From the human T2T-CHM13v2.0 reference genome, Homo sapiens, in assembly GCF_009914755.1 (NCBI RefSeq), contig NC_060927.1: DNA of 64,000 bases; one strand, 5' to 3'. Under the pieces are notes generated by a model that was given only the letters and a program-made list of their open reading frames with translations, was not told where the DNA came from and made no database searches. Each line of letters opens with the position of its first letter. The stretch's first letter is position 1. Below, in pieces: positions 30,920 through 44,200 of this stretch. A program made the translations under genes and the position numbers.

Positions 30920-32329
30920 GTATGAAACTCAGAAACATCTTCAATGTTACATTTTTAAAACTGAACTTCTGATTTCTTCCCACAGAAGACATTTTCTTTT
31001 CTTGCTCTCATGTTTGTAAGAGACATTGCTGTCTATTATTCAACTGTTCAAGCCAGGAACTGGAGAGACAGATTTGATGCCTCCCTCTCCTTCACCTCCC
31101 ACATTCAAGACATTCATAGCATCTTATCTGTTCTATCTCTGGAATATATCTCAACTTCACAGATTTCCCTCTGCCCTACTGCCTTCGACCCTAGTTCAAG
31201 GATTGCCAACAGTCTCCAGGATTACCAGAGTAGTCTACATCTATTTCCTCATCCATTTACAGTGACTTTCCAATCCATTTTCTACACTACAGCCATTGCT
31301 TTGCATTGGACATAGAATTATCTCCTCATGGTGGTCTAAAGGGGTCTTTATGCTTTGAATTTATCTTCGTCTCTAATGTGATTTTGTACCAACTCCTTTA
31401 CACATATCCACTTCCCTAAGCTTTTTCTTGGTTTCTAGCATATATGCAAGCCATTTGAAGGTAAGCTCCTGGTGTGTTACATCTACCTAATCTGCTTGTC
31501 CCTCTTTTCCAATTCTTCACGTGACTCTCACCTTCCTGTCTTTTCAGTTCCCAGCTTAAAGACACCAACCCTAGGCACAGGTTATTCTTCATCTCAACAC
31601 CTCATTTATTTCCTTCACACACTTCCACATTTTACAATGCTTATTTATTGGTTTACTTATTTACTGTTTGTCTCACCACTCAACCAAACTCCATGAGGGC
31701 ACAGGGTGAGCACCTGATAAATAGAATTGAATGAAAAGGAGATCTGTGAATCCATGTGCAGACAAGGCATTTTCCACAGAGTAAATAACATGTGTTGCAC
31801 ACACATGGGCTCTTTGTCAAATGTTTGCAGATGCTGTTGTGCGTACCAAAGCACAAGTTCACTTAGGATGTTAATGAATTCATATTGGCTTTTCGTCGTT
31901 AGGTATTTTCTTAATCCAGGTTTTGTTTTGTTTCATTTTGCCTTTTTAAATGAAATTTCCCCCAGTTCCATCTCCTGACCACTAGACCCTGGTAATTTGT
32001 ATGAGCCTGTTTCTCAAGTTCTATTTCCCTCTCTTTTAATGGTAAAAATTTTGTCCTTATTAAGGCATTCACATGAAGACATTCTCATTTTGAGGTTGTC
32101 AAAAATAAGACAGATGTGTCCCCAGGGAATAAAAAGGTACAGATTTGGTGAAAAGATATATAACAGACCATAAAGCTGAGTGGAAACTACAGATTGTTTT
32201 AGCACTAACTCCACCAATTACACCACTCCTCACTGCCTTCGGGGTCTGTGTGCCTTACTCAAAGATGAGCACTAAGAAAAGAATCAATATGTAATATACA
32301 CATAAAAAGTGAAAAATAAGACAAATAAT

Positions 32330-32767
32330 TGTGATGGTTAACACTGAGTGTCAACTTGATTGGATTGAAGGATGCAAAGTATGATCCTGGGTGTGTTTGT
32401 AAGAGTGTTGCCAAAGGAGATTAACATTTGAGTCAGTGGGCTGGGAAAGGCAGACCCACACTTAATCTGGGTGGGTACCATCTAATCAGTTGCCAATGTG
32501 GCTAGAATATAAAGCAGGCAGAAAAAGGTGAAGAGACTAGACTGGCCTAGACTCCCAGACTACATCATTCTCTCATGCTGGATGCTTCCTGCCCTGGAAT
32601 ATTGGACTCCAAGTTCTTCAGTTTTGGGACTCAGGCTGTTTCTCCTTGCTGCTCAGCTTGCAATGGCCTATTGTGGGACCTTGTGATTGTGTGAGTTAAT
32701 ACTTAATAAACTCCCCTTTATATATATCTATCCTATTAGTTCTATCCCTCTAGAGAACCCTAATACA
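32330..32767 (+). mobile_element. ERVL solo LTR, MLT2A (HERV-L LTR)
   Basis: Runs tgtgatggttaacactgagtgtcaacttgattggattgaaggatgcaaagt...aataaactcccc...ctagagaaccctaataca. Perfect 5-bp TSD ataat at 32325-32329 and 32768-32772. Confidence 0.92.
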
Positions 32768-33373
32768 ATAATATAAGCAGAAAAAATTAAACATGTTATC
32801 TCTCTCTGTCTCTCATTCTCTCTATATCTGGAAAACAAGAAGAAATACAGAAAATATGACAGAAGCAATCTCAAAGGAATTACATACAACATAGTGTTGT
32901 TAAGAAAATATCTCAAGTAAGAGATACAAAGATTCACAAAAGAGACTATAAGGCAACAGAAGGAGATAAAAAAGTAATTTGGCATATTTGGGGAAACAAA
33001 TGAAAAAGAAAAAAGCCATACATAGTGAAATCTATATTAAATGGAACAAAAAAGAAATTGTAACTCCAAACTAGTGAAAGTCTTGAAGAAATTGTACAAA
33101 ATGAAATGTACATAATAAACATATAAAAACAGTTGTGGAAAAGACAATAGATATAGAATAAAGACAAAGGAGATTCCACACGCATAACTGGCTTACCGAA
33201 GAAGAGTATCAACAAATGCAGTGGAATACATTTAAAGATAAAATAGAAGAAACTTTCTTGAAATACACACTTTAATTTGGAGACCAAAGGCCACATCAGT
33301 TTCTTAGGAAAATAAAACATTGCAATGAACAAAAGATATATCCTGGGAGAATTTAATATTATTTACACTTTCA

Positions 33374-33680
33374 TTTGTTTGTATCTTTGTTGCTGTTTTG
33401 GGAACAGGGTCTTGCTGTGCTGCCCAAGCTGGAGTGCAGTGGCACAATCATAGTTCACTGCAACCTCAAATTCCCGGGCTCAAGTGATCCTCCCACCTCA
33501 GCCTCTGGAGTAGTAACCACAGGTGTGCACCACCATGCCTGGCTAATTTTGAAAAAGTTTTTGTAGAGACAGGATCTCCCTGTGTTCCTCAGGCTGGTCC
33601 CAAATTCCTGGGCTCAAGTGATCCTCCTGCTTTGGCCTCCAAAAGTGCTGGGATTAAGGTGTGAGCCACTACACCTGGCC
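33374..33680 (-). mobile_element. AluJ
   Basis: J diagnostics ggctcaagtgatcctcccacctcagcc and ctgggctcaagtgatcctcctg. Confidence 0.9.
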
Positions 33681-33815
33681 TATTTGATGTTTTTTTGTAA
33701 ACAAGAAGAATGGGGCATTCAGGGCAGAAAATCAAATAACATGCAAGTTGGCAAGATGTTTCCATTGGGATGCTTTTGGCCACAAGGAACAGAAAGCCTT
33801 ACTCAAATTGGCTTG

Positions 33816-34729
33816 CAACGTTGCGACTCCAAGTGCGACCCTTTAGCAGTAGCCTTGGCCTTACCTGAGTGCTTGTTAGAAATGCAGAATCTAGCAGTGA
33901 ATCTGCCTCCTTCCCAAAGGCCCCAGTGGGGTCAGCCAGGAGCCGAACCTTGCCTTTAACCTTGTGGGCTCATCCCTACTTGCCAGTCACAAAGGCATCG
34001 TTAACACTCAGACATGCCACCGCTGGGACCCCCTTGGCCCTCAAAGCCCCAGCCTGCTCCACCAACCCTGGCAGGTGTTTGGAACAGCTGGGGCTAAAGG
34101 CTTGAGGAACTCCAAACAGAACACCCTTCTTGCCCTTGAACAGCTCTGCCAGGTTCACTGTGTTCCCTCCAACACCATAACTGCAGGGATGGCATTTCCC
34201 ACCTTGATTGGGGCCATGGCTGCCGTGGCTCTGCTGAAACTGTGGACCTGGCCAGGCACCCACCCTCCTTCACGTAGCTGTCTTGGTGCCACTGCTGCTG
34301 CCACAGGCTGAATGACAGTCCCACCGGCAGGGGAGATGGCTCAAGAGCTTCTCCATGCTAATAGAGGATGACATAGTGGAGGCTCTGAATGTGGAAGCAG
34401 ATGGCACAGGCCTCACCTGCAGCCTGGCACCCAACATCATCTCACAGCTTGGAGGCCCCAGGCCCAGATACACTCCCTCTACCCTTTCCTATCTCATCTG
34501 CCCAGCCCTGGGCAGAGGGCCCCTGGGGCCCCCTAATTGGAACCTTGGCCAAATTTCTGCAATAAACATTTATGGTTCAAAAAGAAAAAAAGAAAAAAGA
34601 AAAAAAAAAAGGAAGAAATGCGGAATCTGAGGCCTTACCTCAGATCTATTGAATCAAAATCTGCATTTTCACAAGATTCCTGTCAAATCCCTAGTGATTC
34701 AGGTGCACATTAAAGTGTGAGAAACACTG
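33816..34729 (+). mobile_element. MER5A (hAT-Charlie MITE) split by the PRDX5 retrocopy
   Basis: The left half ...gagtgcttgttagaaatgcagaatct continues after the insertion as ...gaggccttacctcagatctattgaatcaaaatctgcatttt...taaagtgtgagaaacactg. This is colinear with the intact MER5A at 14581-14745. Confidence 0.8.
33893..34613. pseudogene. Processed pseudogene of peroxiredoxin-5 (parent PRDX5) with a 5' inversion: 5' part on the minus strand (~34327->33893), 3' part with 3'UTR and polyA on the plus strand (~34330-34613)
   Basis: Minus strand: ATG GCC CCA ATC AAG GTG (MAPIKV, ATG at 34217) and [31 protein letters not shown]...[14 protein letters not shown]. Plus strand: ...IVEALNVEADGTGLTCSLAPNIISQL, AATAAA 34561-34566, A-rich tail 34579-34610. 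No introns; frameshift and premature stop present. TSD agaaatgc(a/g)gaatct at 33878-33892 and 34614-34628. Confidence 0.95.
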
Positions 34730-36134
34730 GCTTAAATGATAGAGGATTTATTTTTAACAGTTGTTCTCAACCTTAGCTGTACATTAGACTCTCCTAGTAG
34801 CTCTGAGGAATTTTGCCACCGAGGCTGCACCCTGTATTGATTAAATGAGAAACTCTGGGATTCAGGCTACATTTCATTTTTATTTTTTAACAGTTCAGGA
34901 AATTCCAGTGTGAAGCTATAGTTGAAAACTTCTGCATTAAAAGTCTAGAAGTAGGTGGGATCTCAGGGTTGGTAGAGTCACAGCTCAACAGCATCATAAC
35001 AGGTCCAAGCTCTTTCTATCTTTCTGCTTTGCCATCCTCAGGACTAGCTTTAATTTATAATGTACCTTCCTTCTTTCCCCTTCGTTTCCATCCCTCCTAC
35101 CCACTTCTTCTTTCATTTTCTTTGTTCTTCCTGCCTCTCTGCTTTCCTGCCTTCCTTTTCATCTTATGTGCAAAGAAATATTGAATTAAATTATCATAGG
35201 GTATTAAAAATTGTTACTTCTGGGTATTCTGAGCAATTTTTGGGGAGGTATAATTTTAAAATCTTATTTTATTACTTTTTACATATCTCAAAATTATTAT
35301 TATTTTTAAACGTGGGCTGAGTCCCCATAATAAAAAATATTGAGAACCACTGGCTTAGTCTAACACTCTCATCTTACAGGTGAGGAAACTGAGGCCCTAG
35401 ACGGTAGCATTAGGTCCAGCACTAAGGGGAGGGAAGTGGGTAAAGAGCCCTCGTACAGCTTTGTGTGGTCCAGAACCACCAACAATGCCCACTGCGTGGC
35501 TGTGTCTCCTGAACCTTCACTAAGTGATTCCTGCACAAAATTCTTCTAAGCATTTTGAGTCCACTGAGAAAAAGAAGTGGGAGGCAACTAGAGCAGGATT
35601 CAGCCAGATAATTGGGGTGCTGGAGGCACAGAGATCACCAGGAAGAAAAAGAGAGACTTCCTAGCGAGGGCATCTTCAGTTGGTAACAGTTATTAAGACA
35701 GAAACCATGTAACTGAACTCACAAGTGACAGAGAGGACATTAGTGTTCCAGACCATGCAAAGGTGTGTAAATGTGAGGCAGTTACCTCTCTAAGAGGTGA
35801 CATTGGAGTGGAGACTTGAAGGAGGGGAAGAAGTAAAATTTAAGCTACATCTCAGCCAGGTTACACCAAAGGGCTCAGAGTTTTTATTTGTTGATTCATT
35901 CATTTGTATATCTTCATGGTGGAAAGAAATGCAAGCTTTTCTGTTAGAGAATGAACAGATTGCTTCTTATATTCACAGTTTACATAGCTGATTTTGTGCT
36001 TTTTAAACATCATTTTACTATGTTTCAAATAATTGCATTTTTTTCCTATGGAGTTGGGGACATGTAAACTACCCCATGAACTACTCTGACACTGTATTTT
36101 CAGCCATTCCAAATACATTGTTATTATCTAAAAC

Positions 36135-36445
36135 TACACTACCCCAAATGGTGGCCAGCAGCCACATTTGGCTATTAAGCACTCGAAACATGTCTAGTCT
36201 GAAATTAGATGTGTTGCCAAATGTAAAATATACGCTGTAGTTTGAAGACAGTGTGAAAAAATAAAATATCTCGCCAATAATTTCTTTTATATTGATTACA
36301 TATAAAATCATATTTTAAATATATTAGGTTAAAGAAAATATATTATTAAAATGAATTTTGCCTATTTTTGCTTTTTAAGATATGACTATTAGAAAAATGT
36401 ATCTTTTATATGTGACTTGCATTATCTCTATTGAACAGTGTTGTG
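36135..36445 (-). mobile_element. MER33-like (hAT-Charlie MITE)
   Basis: Runs atggtggccagcagccacatttggctattaagcactcgaaac...atattaggttaaagaaaatatattattaaaatgaatt...ctattgaacagtgttg. Confidence 0.75.
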
Positions 36446-36785
36446 CTGGAAACTTTCCAAAGCTCAAGTCACTTCCCAATAGCAATAGGCAACAACTGGT
36501 ATTTTAGATGGTGTGAGAGTTACTGTTCACCCTTCAGGGCCTAATTTGTTACCACAGCGATTGAAATAAAGGCAGGAGCACTACTAACAGTAATAATATG
36601 AATGCTCATTAGTGTGACTATTACTACTGCAACCACTCTAATGCTACAATTTTTGCTACTATTACAGCCACTACTAAAACCAAAACTCTCGTTCCAGATA
36701 CTGGAGCAAGCTCTTGTTCCAGATACTGAGGCAAGCTCTTACTTACAAACATTCTTTCTGATCCTTTGCAAGCAGACTAGGAATG

Positions 36786-37149
36786 TGTTATTGTTTAGAT
36801 GTTTATGTTTTCACCCAAATTCCCATGTTGTAATCCTAACCCCCAACGTGATGGTACTAGGAGGTCGGGCCTTTGGAGGTAAGTTGACCATGAAGAGGGA
36901 GCCCTCATGAATGGAATTAGTGCCATTATAAAAGAGACCTCCAAGAACTAGCTAGTTCCTCCATCATGTGGGAATTCAGGAGAAGTGGCCATTTTTGAAC
37001 TAGAAAGTGGGCATTCACCAGATACTGAATCTACCAGTGCCTTGATCTTGTACTTTCCAGTCTCCAGAACTGTGATAAATAAATCTTTGTTGTTGATAAG
37101 CTACCCAGTCAATGGTATTTTGCTATTGCAGCCTGAAGAGATTAAGACA
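36786..37149 (+). mobile_element. MaLR solo LTR, MLT1A-like
   Basis: Same motifs as the LTR at 912: taatcctaacccccaacgtgatggtactaggagg, aataaatctttgttgttgataagctaccc, ...ttaagaca. Confidence 0.8.
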
Positions 37150-38368
37150 ATATGCACTTGTTTTTCCTCACCATTAACAGGGGAAGAAAGAGAGGGTCAG
37201 AGAGACAAGTTACTTGCTGTAGATCACACTGGAACTAAATGACAAAAGAGGAAATCAAACCCAGGTCTCCATTCTCTGCCCTTCCCACTCACTGCAGTCT
37301 CTGACATTTGGCTTTGGGCCATCCACAAGCCTCCCAGTGTTGAGAAGGGTTTGTCAAGGGGTAGTCTAATAGGCTAGTAGTGCTGAATATAAGCTAATAA
37401 ACGCATTTCCTCTCTCAGTTAACAGCAGATGTGGAGCCAAAGTAAATCGACTGAGCTTCTCCAGGGGATCCTTAAAGAAGAGGACAAATGCCGGATATTT
37501 CAGACAAAGGGCCAGGACCATGGAGTGGTAGACATTTTATCTAAGCACCTACAGGTGGCCCTGAAATTCTACAAAGTCATCATCTGCTCTGCTTACAAAG
37601 AAATTTGATTCTATAACCAACAAAAAACCCAAATGTTGGAATTCTACCTTTCTAAGTAAAGGGGGGCATATGGTTCTCTTTCCTTGAGCACATTTTCTCC
37701 AAAGTTTTGCCTCACTAACCCCTGTTCCTCCTTGAGTTCTAAATTTAAATGTTAACTCCTCAGAGCAGCCTTCTCCAATTCCTTTATCTAAAGGTAAGCC
37801 CATGTGTGTTTCTCTTTCTCAGATCCTTGTATATTTCATAGCAATTATTGCCATCATAACTGGTTTCTTTTTCCTTGTAAATTCTCCTGCTGAAAGTTAA
37901 GTTCCATGAGAGCTGGCTGTCATATCTGTATCCTTTAGCCTACTGCCTGAAATGTAGTAGGTGCTCAGTAAGTATTTGTGGTATGAATATATGATCCTAA
38001 CATATTTCTTTTCCTTTGTCTTATAAGAGTGACTACTAAGAAAACATGCTATCACAGTTTAATGTTAAATAATGGTCATAGATGCATCAATAATAACTTG
38101 ATGACTGTTTACCCCAGTGCTGCTACCATATGTGCAGGAACACCTAGCTCTGTTACTTCCTATCAGTGCGACCTTGGGAAAATCATTTATCCTCTTTGAA
38201 CCTCAGTTTTCTCACTTGTATAATGAAAGTAATAACATCAGTTGAAAAGATTATCTAGATAATGCTCTAGAAGCATTTGGTAAACATTTTAGAGTTATAC
38301 AAAGTAATGAGTTCTAATTTCAAAATACCGTATATCAAAAGGCAGAACTTGAAGATGCTCTTGTAACC

Positions 38369-38870
38369 CTGTGGCTTAGATTGGTCCCCACAAGCAGAGC
38401 CTTACATAGGGATTTGTGTGAAAGCAATTGATTAGGAAGTATTCCTGGGAAAAACCAGTGGCAGAGTGGGGTATGAAACCAGAAGGAGAAGGTCAAACGT
38501 GGATGCCATATTATGTACCATATCCTCCCAGAGGTAACTCGATCCTATGTGGGGAGCTCTGGACACATCATGGCTCACACCTCAGTGTTTTCTCAGTCAG
38601 GGGTGAGGGAGTGTGAGTGTTTATAGCCCCACACCCATCAGTCATTGGCTAAGAGCTGCCCCAAGAATGAGGGTGCATAAATTCCTAGGTACTTCTACTT
38701 CTTCTCTTCTGCAGGTAGGCAAGGCCCTCTCAAGTAGGCCAAAGGCACTTGCTGATGAACAGCTACAGGTGCTGGCTGTTGGGTGCGATCATTTTATAAG
38801 AACTAGTGTGCACAAAAATGGTAAAGGGATTAAGGGGAGTGGAAACATGAACAGAGCACACACCAAGGAA
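38369..38870 (-). mobile_element. Old ERVL-class LTR (LTR16-like)
   Basis: cacaagcagagccttacatagggatttgtgtgaaagcaattgattaggaagtattcc...cagtcattggctaagagctgcc resembles the recalled LTR16-type consensus. Confidence 0.5.
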
Positions 38871-39932
38871 TTCCTGTCTCAATAATAGACTCTTGTACTT
38901 GGCAGTAGAGTTCACCATTATGAGTTAAGACTGGATTTGAGTACACTACTACCTTGAATTTATGCAGCATTTCTCTTTTCTCTTTGAAGTGCTTCTATAT
39001 ATAACTCATGCATAAGGATAGCTGAGAGCAGGCTTGGTTGGATCACGTGCGAACCATAAAAAAGTAAATTTTCAGGGGCAGTAGGTTAAATAAAGGAAAG
39101 AGGTTCACTGGTTTTACAACCACGAGTGGTTTCTATTTTTCAATAAGTCAAACCCCTTAGAAGACATGGCTGAATGAGCAAAAAACCCTCTCAGGGAAAT
39201 TCATGCTTTTATAGTTTGATTTTCTTTGGGGTAAAGAGGAAAATGCAAGCCATGGTTCAAAACTATCCATTTCATCGTGACCCTGAAAAAGTGTGCAGTG
39301 TTTTTGTAACAGAGAGGACATTTTATAAACATGCTTTAAAAGTACTTTTGGATTTTAAGTGTTGCTTTCCACAATCAACCCTAGCTGGAAACATACAGGC
39401 TTCTTTGCAGCACTGGTATGGTTTGTCTCTTTTTCTTTCTATCCACCAGAATGCTCCAACTTTAGTGACTGTCAATGGCTGACTCTCAGGGATGGTACTC
39501 TTAGCCTATGAAGTAAGAGTAGATTTTACATGCTTAAATAGTTGAAAAGAAGCCAAAATAATTGTAATCTGTGTCATGTGAAAATTAAATGAGACTCAAA
39601 TCTCACTGTCTATATATGAGGTTTTATTGGAGCATAGCCATGCCCGTTTGTTTATGTTTTGTCTATGGCTACTTCTGTACTATAACAGCACAATTGCATA
39701 ATTGGGACAGAAACCTAAGGTCACAAAGCCAAAAGTTTTACTATTTAGCCTTTTACAGATAAAGTTTTCTGATACCTAACCCAGGGCAACTCATTTCTCT
39801 GAGCCTCACTTTCCTCATCTATGAAATGAGATAGTAATGGTAACTACCTTCTAGGCAGACAACTTAGGAGACAATGTAATACATGGGCAAAAGCACGGAC
39901 TTTGAAGCCAGATGATCAAGATTTAAATTCTA

Positions 39933-40217
<285 letters not shown>

Positions 40218-40962
40218 CTATCTCTGCCATTTACTAACTGGATAACTTCGGCACATAATAATTTCTCTGTGCCTCATTTGCTGCTTCTGTAAAATGGGGA
40301 TAATGAGAGCCTCTGTCTCATGGTCCTGAGTTTATTATATGTGACGCACTTGAAATAGCAATTGGCATGTATTAAATACTATATGTTCGCTATGTAAATA
40401 TTGCTACACTCACTGGGTTGTGGTGAGGAAACACATTCATGTTTATTAAAGAGAAAAAAGGTGAAATTATGTTTTTCGTTCGTAATGCCCTGGTAGCTGC
40501 TCATCTCATGGTAAAGACCCTCATCATGGCACAGGAAGAACAAGGACTCTGGAGCTAGACTGCCCCTTTGCTAATCCTGGCTCCCTCCCTCACTAGCCCT
40601 GTGATGGTAAGCATGTTACATAACCTCTCTGGGCCTCAGTTTCATCATCTGCAAAATGTGGGTAATACATAATACTAGTAATCATCTCCTTAGGCTGTTG
40701 TGAGGATTGCATGAATCTGAATGTATGTAAAGGAGTTGGAACCATGCCTAGCACAGAGTAAGTAAATGTTACTTGTCGTTATATAGTTCTGAATGCCATT
40801 AAAATAAATGCATAAATATGAAAAAATGTTTACCCTATAGCCATCTAAAAATCACGTCTCATACCACTCATGGTATGTGTACCATTATTTGGGAAACACT
40901 GACGTAGGGGAAGGTACTGTGCTGACAGATGGACGGCAGAAGTGTTTGGAGGAGAAGGGGAA

Positions 40963-41261
<299 letters not shown>

Positions 41262-44200
41262 CGAGAAGGGGAATGTTAACTAATAGTGTTCACAGGCATC
41301 TAGCTTGTCTCTGTTCTTTCAGTGTTCAAGATCTACCCCCAAAATATCTAAGGATGGTAGAAACCATATCCATGAGCATTGGCTACCTGCCTTTAAACTT
41401 TGGCCATATAGTATATCCCAACTGGTTCTAGTTGTGACCTACTGGTCTCCGATCATGTCTTTCCTGGTTATTTGATGTCAACTTCAAGCCACCTCTGCTC
41501 ACATTTCTCAGCTACTGTCAATATTGCTTCAACCTCTATTTAGGGGAACCATCTTTGGCTTAGCTTTTCCTCTCTCTCAGACACAGTACTGACCCCAGAC
41601 TCAGAAAGAGTGGTCCTCTGACATTTTGACTACATAAACTCTGAATATTCTACATTGGGCAATTCCAAGATGAGAGTAAAGCAAGGCCCAATAGCTAAGA
41701 GGCTAAATGCCCATGCCCTCTCCTGCTCCCTGCAGTGAGATCAAGGGCTCAGGAGCCATCGGGTGCCAAGTCTTGGTGAAGACACAAAGGCTCAGTATCA
41801 GAGATGTCTTGCTGCAGCATTGAGAGCCCAGGGGCATGAAGGGAGCCATCAATGCCAATGGCTTCAGTGGTAGTGACAATGGCCCTCACAGCACCCTACG
41901 TAGAACATTCCTGTGGCTAAACTTGGAATTGAATGCATTCTCCTGGTTTCTGCCTGAGCTATGAGTGTCTCTGCTTTCTTTGGGACTAAGAAATATTGGA
42001 TATCCTTCCAATAAATTTCTTCTGAGTAAGCTAACCAGAGAGGTTTCCATTGTTTGTAACCAAGAACTTTGACTACTAGTGCACTAGGGTTGTGGAACCG
42101 GATCATAATTGGTGATCTACTCTATTTACACCCATGGTAGGTCTCCCATCACTGAACCAGAATCTATACTGTGAGGCTCCCCAGGGAGCACAGACTATGA
42201 CCTACATTTCTACCATAGCAGTCTTATTTTTAGCATCATTAAATTGCCACATGAATAATTTTTTGCTATTTGCCATGTGTTTCTTGCATTCCTCATTTCT
42301 TTTTGACCACAAAACATTCATCTGGCTTACAATATTTAAAAATGTTGGAAGCTTCGGATTAAGCCAGCAAAAGGGGGAAAACTTTCATTAAAATATAAGT
42401 AAAATTTCTTCAAACGAAGCCAAGTGACAATAACTGGCAAAGAAGTCTGTCCAATTTTCTTTATTGAATTTTCAGTGATTTGGTAACATTGTGTCATCTA
42501 TTCCATGCACGGTTTTTAACTTTTCATTTTCATTGTTGTCTTGCATTTCTAAAAATTGCATGCAAAAAGCAGATCATTTTTAGGCTGATAGGGGGTGATA
42601 TTTAGAGTAGAAATGAGGATGCACTCTTGTCTGATGAAATATCAAAGCGACATTAGGAAAATGTAAAACACACAAATCAGCTCCTTCATACAAAGTAGTC
42701 ACTACTATTCATATAATTCCAAAAAATAGAAGAAAGTGCTTTCCAATCTAATGACTTACATAGATTGCTTTCTTTCCAGTGGTTTCTGTTGTTGAATGTA
42801 TTCATCATCTAATTTATGACCCTTTCAACATAGATATTCACTTAACAAATATTCATTATGAACCCACCTTCTTCCAGGCACATTAAAGACATAAAAAGAA
42901 AATATCTTTTTTCTGTACCTTTGTTTTTTCCAGATTAGGAGCTCACCAAGAACAAATTTATAGTCCATGTCTTAGTCATCTTTGCATGACCAGGGCTTAT
43001 CCCTGTGCCTGGTATATAGCAGACATTCAATAAAAGTTTGTTGAATAAATGACTAATTTCATTCTCAGGGAATTCATGAAAATAGTGGCATAGGCAAATG
43101 TGCATAGTATAAATGTGGCATGAGGGGATAGGTGCTATTAATGGAAACAGAATGTAATCTAGGTGGGTCCCCAGGGGATGAAGGATACTAGTCTATTTAG
43201 GGAGGTGAGGACCAATATTTTATTATTTTTTGCTTCCTCCATATAATGTAATGAAATCTCCCTGCCACTTTCAAATCCCCCCTTTTAAGTATTTTTATGA
43301 AAATGGGGTTTGCTCACCATGCTGACCCCTCTGTGGTCTCTCTTCTCTTTCTGGTTTTGTTTTTTGGCACTGCCATCTACTCTCACCACCTCTACCCTGG
43401 ACTGGACCACTTTTCCTTCCCTTCCCTAAAGCACTTTAAGCAGAAATGTTGTGGAGAGTAGTAGCCTTTTCCTGAAGTTTTGGGTAATCACAGACCATAG
43501 CCAGATATGATTCCAGATGTGGTGTTTGACATCCTCTGTCCACACAGTTCCCACAATCTAATAACCATTCCTCACCTCTGGAAAATTTCTCCCTAATCAT
43601 AATACCTGTCCTCCCCCATCCCCGATAGGCAGCTGCTCACAAATCCTGGTTTATTTCTTCATGCCTACCAGGTGAGCTCTTCTCTTTCTACTTCCAATTC
43701 ATGCCTAGACTTTTGTGTATCCCCAAATTCCTGGTGATGTTCTGCTACACGACGGACCATTGACACTAGGTGTCTGGCCTTAGCATGACAAAGAACTGGA
43801 GGGAACTTCACACTTCAAGATCATACCCTTTCGCTGGAATCTCTTCTCCACGGACCAGAACAAACTGGACTATTGCAAGGGTGAAGAAATGTCTTTCCTG
43901 TTACACATCTTAGCATAGTGCTAGACATGGACAGGCACTCAAAGGTATTTAAAAACAGCTTGAATGGAATGCAAAGGAGGCAGAAGAGTGGATGGTTCAC
44001 CAGGGAAATTCCTAAGGGGAGTCAAGCAGAGATGGATACAGGCTCACAGGTTAGTCTTGGCAAGGAAAAGGGGCTATTCTTTCTCAGAAGCAAGCAAAGG
44101 AAGACAGGGACAGTGAAAATTAAAAAGTAAATGGAATCAAGGTGTATGTATTCCCTTTGATTTACTCTGTATGAAGATAGGAGTGGGTTAGGCTTGGGGA

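Noticed and set aside
32770-33370. A-rich segment with minus-strand hydrophobic ORFs (85 and 128 aa)
   Set aside because: Probably a decayed old L1/HAL1 ORF1 fragment on the plus strand. The Phe/Leu/Ile-rich antisense ORFs reflect T-richness, not membrane proteins.
34355-34630. 91-aa ORF with the PRDX5 C-terminus and a lysine-rich tail
   Set aside because: It is a pseudogene fragment reading through the lost stop into the 3'UTR and polyA (AAA = Lys), and it lacks the peroxidatic Cys.
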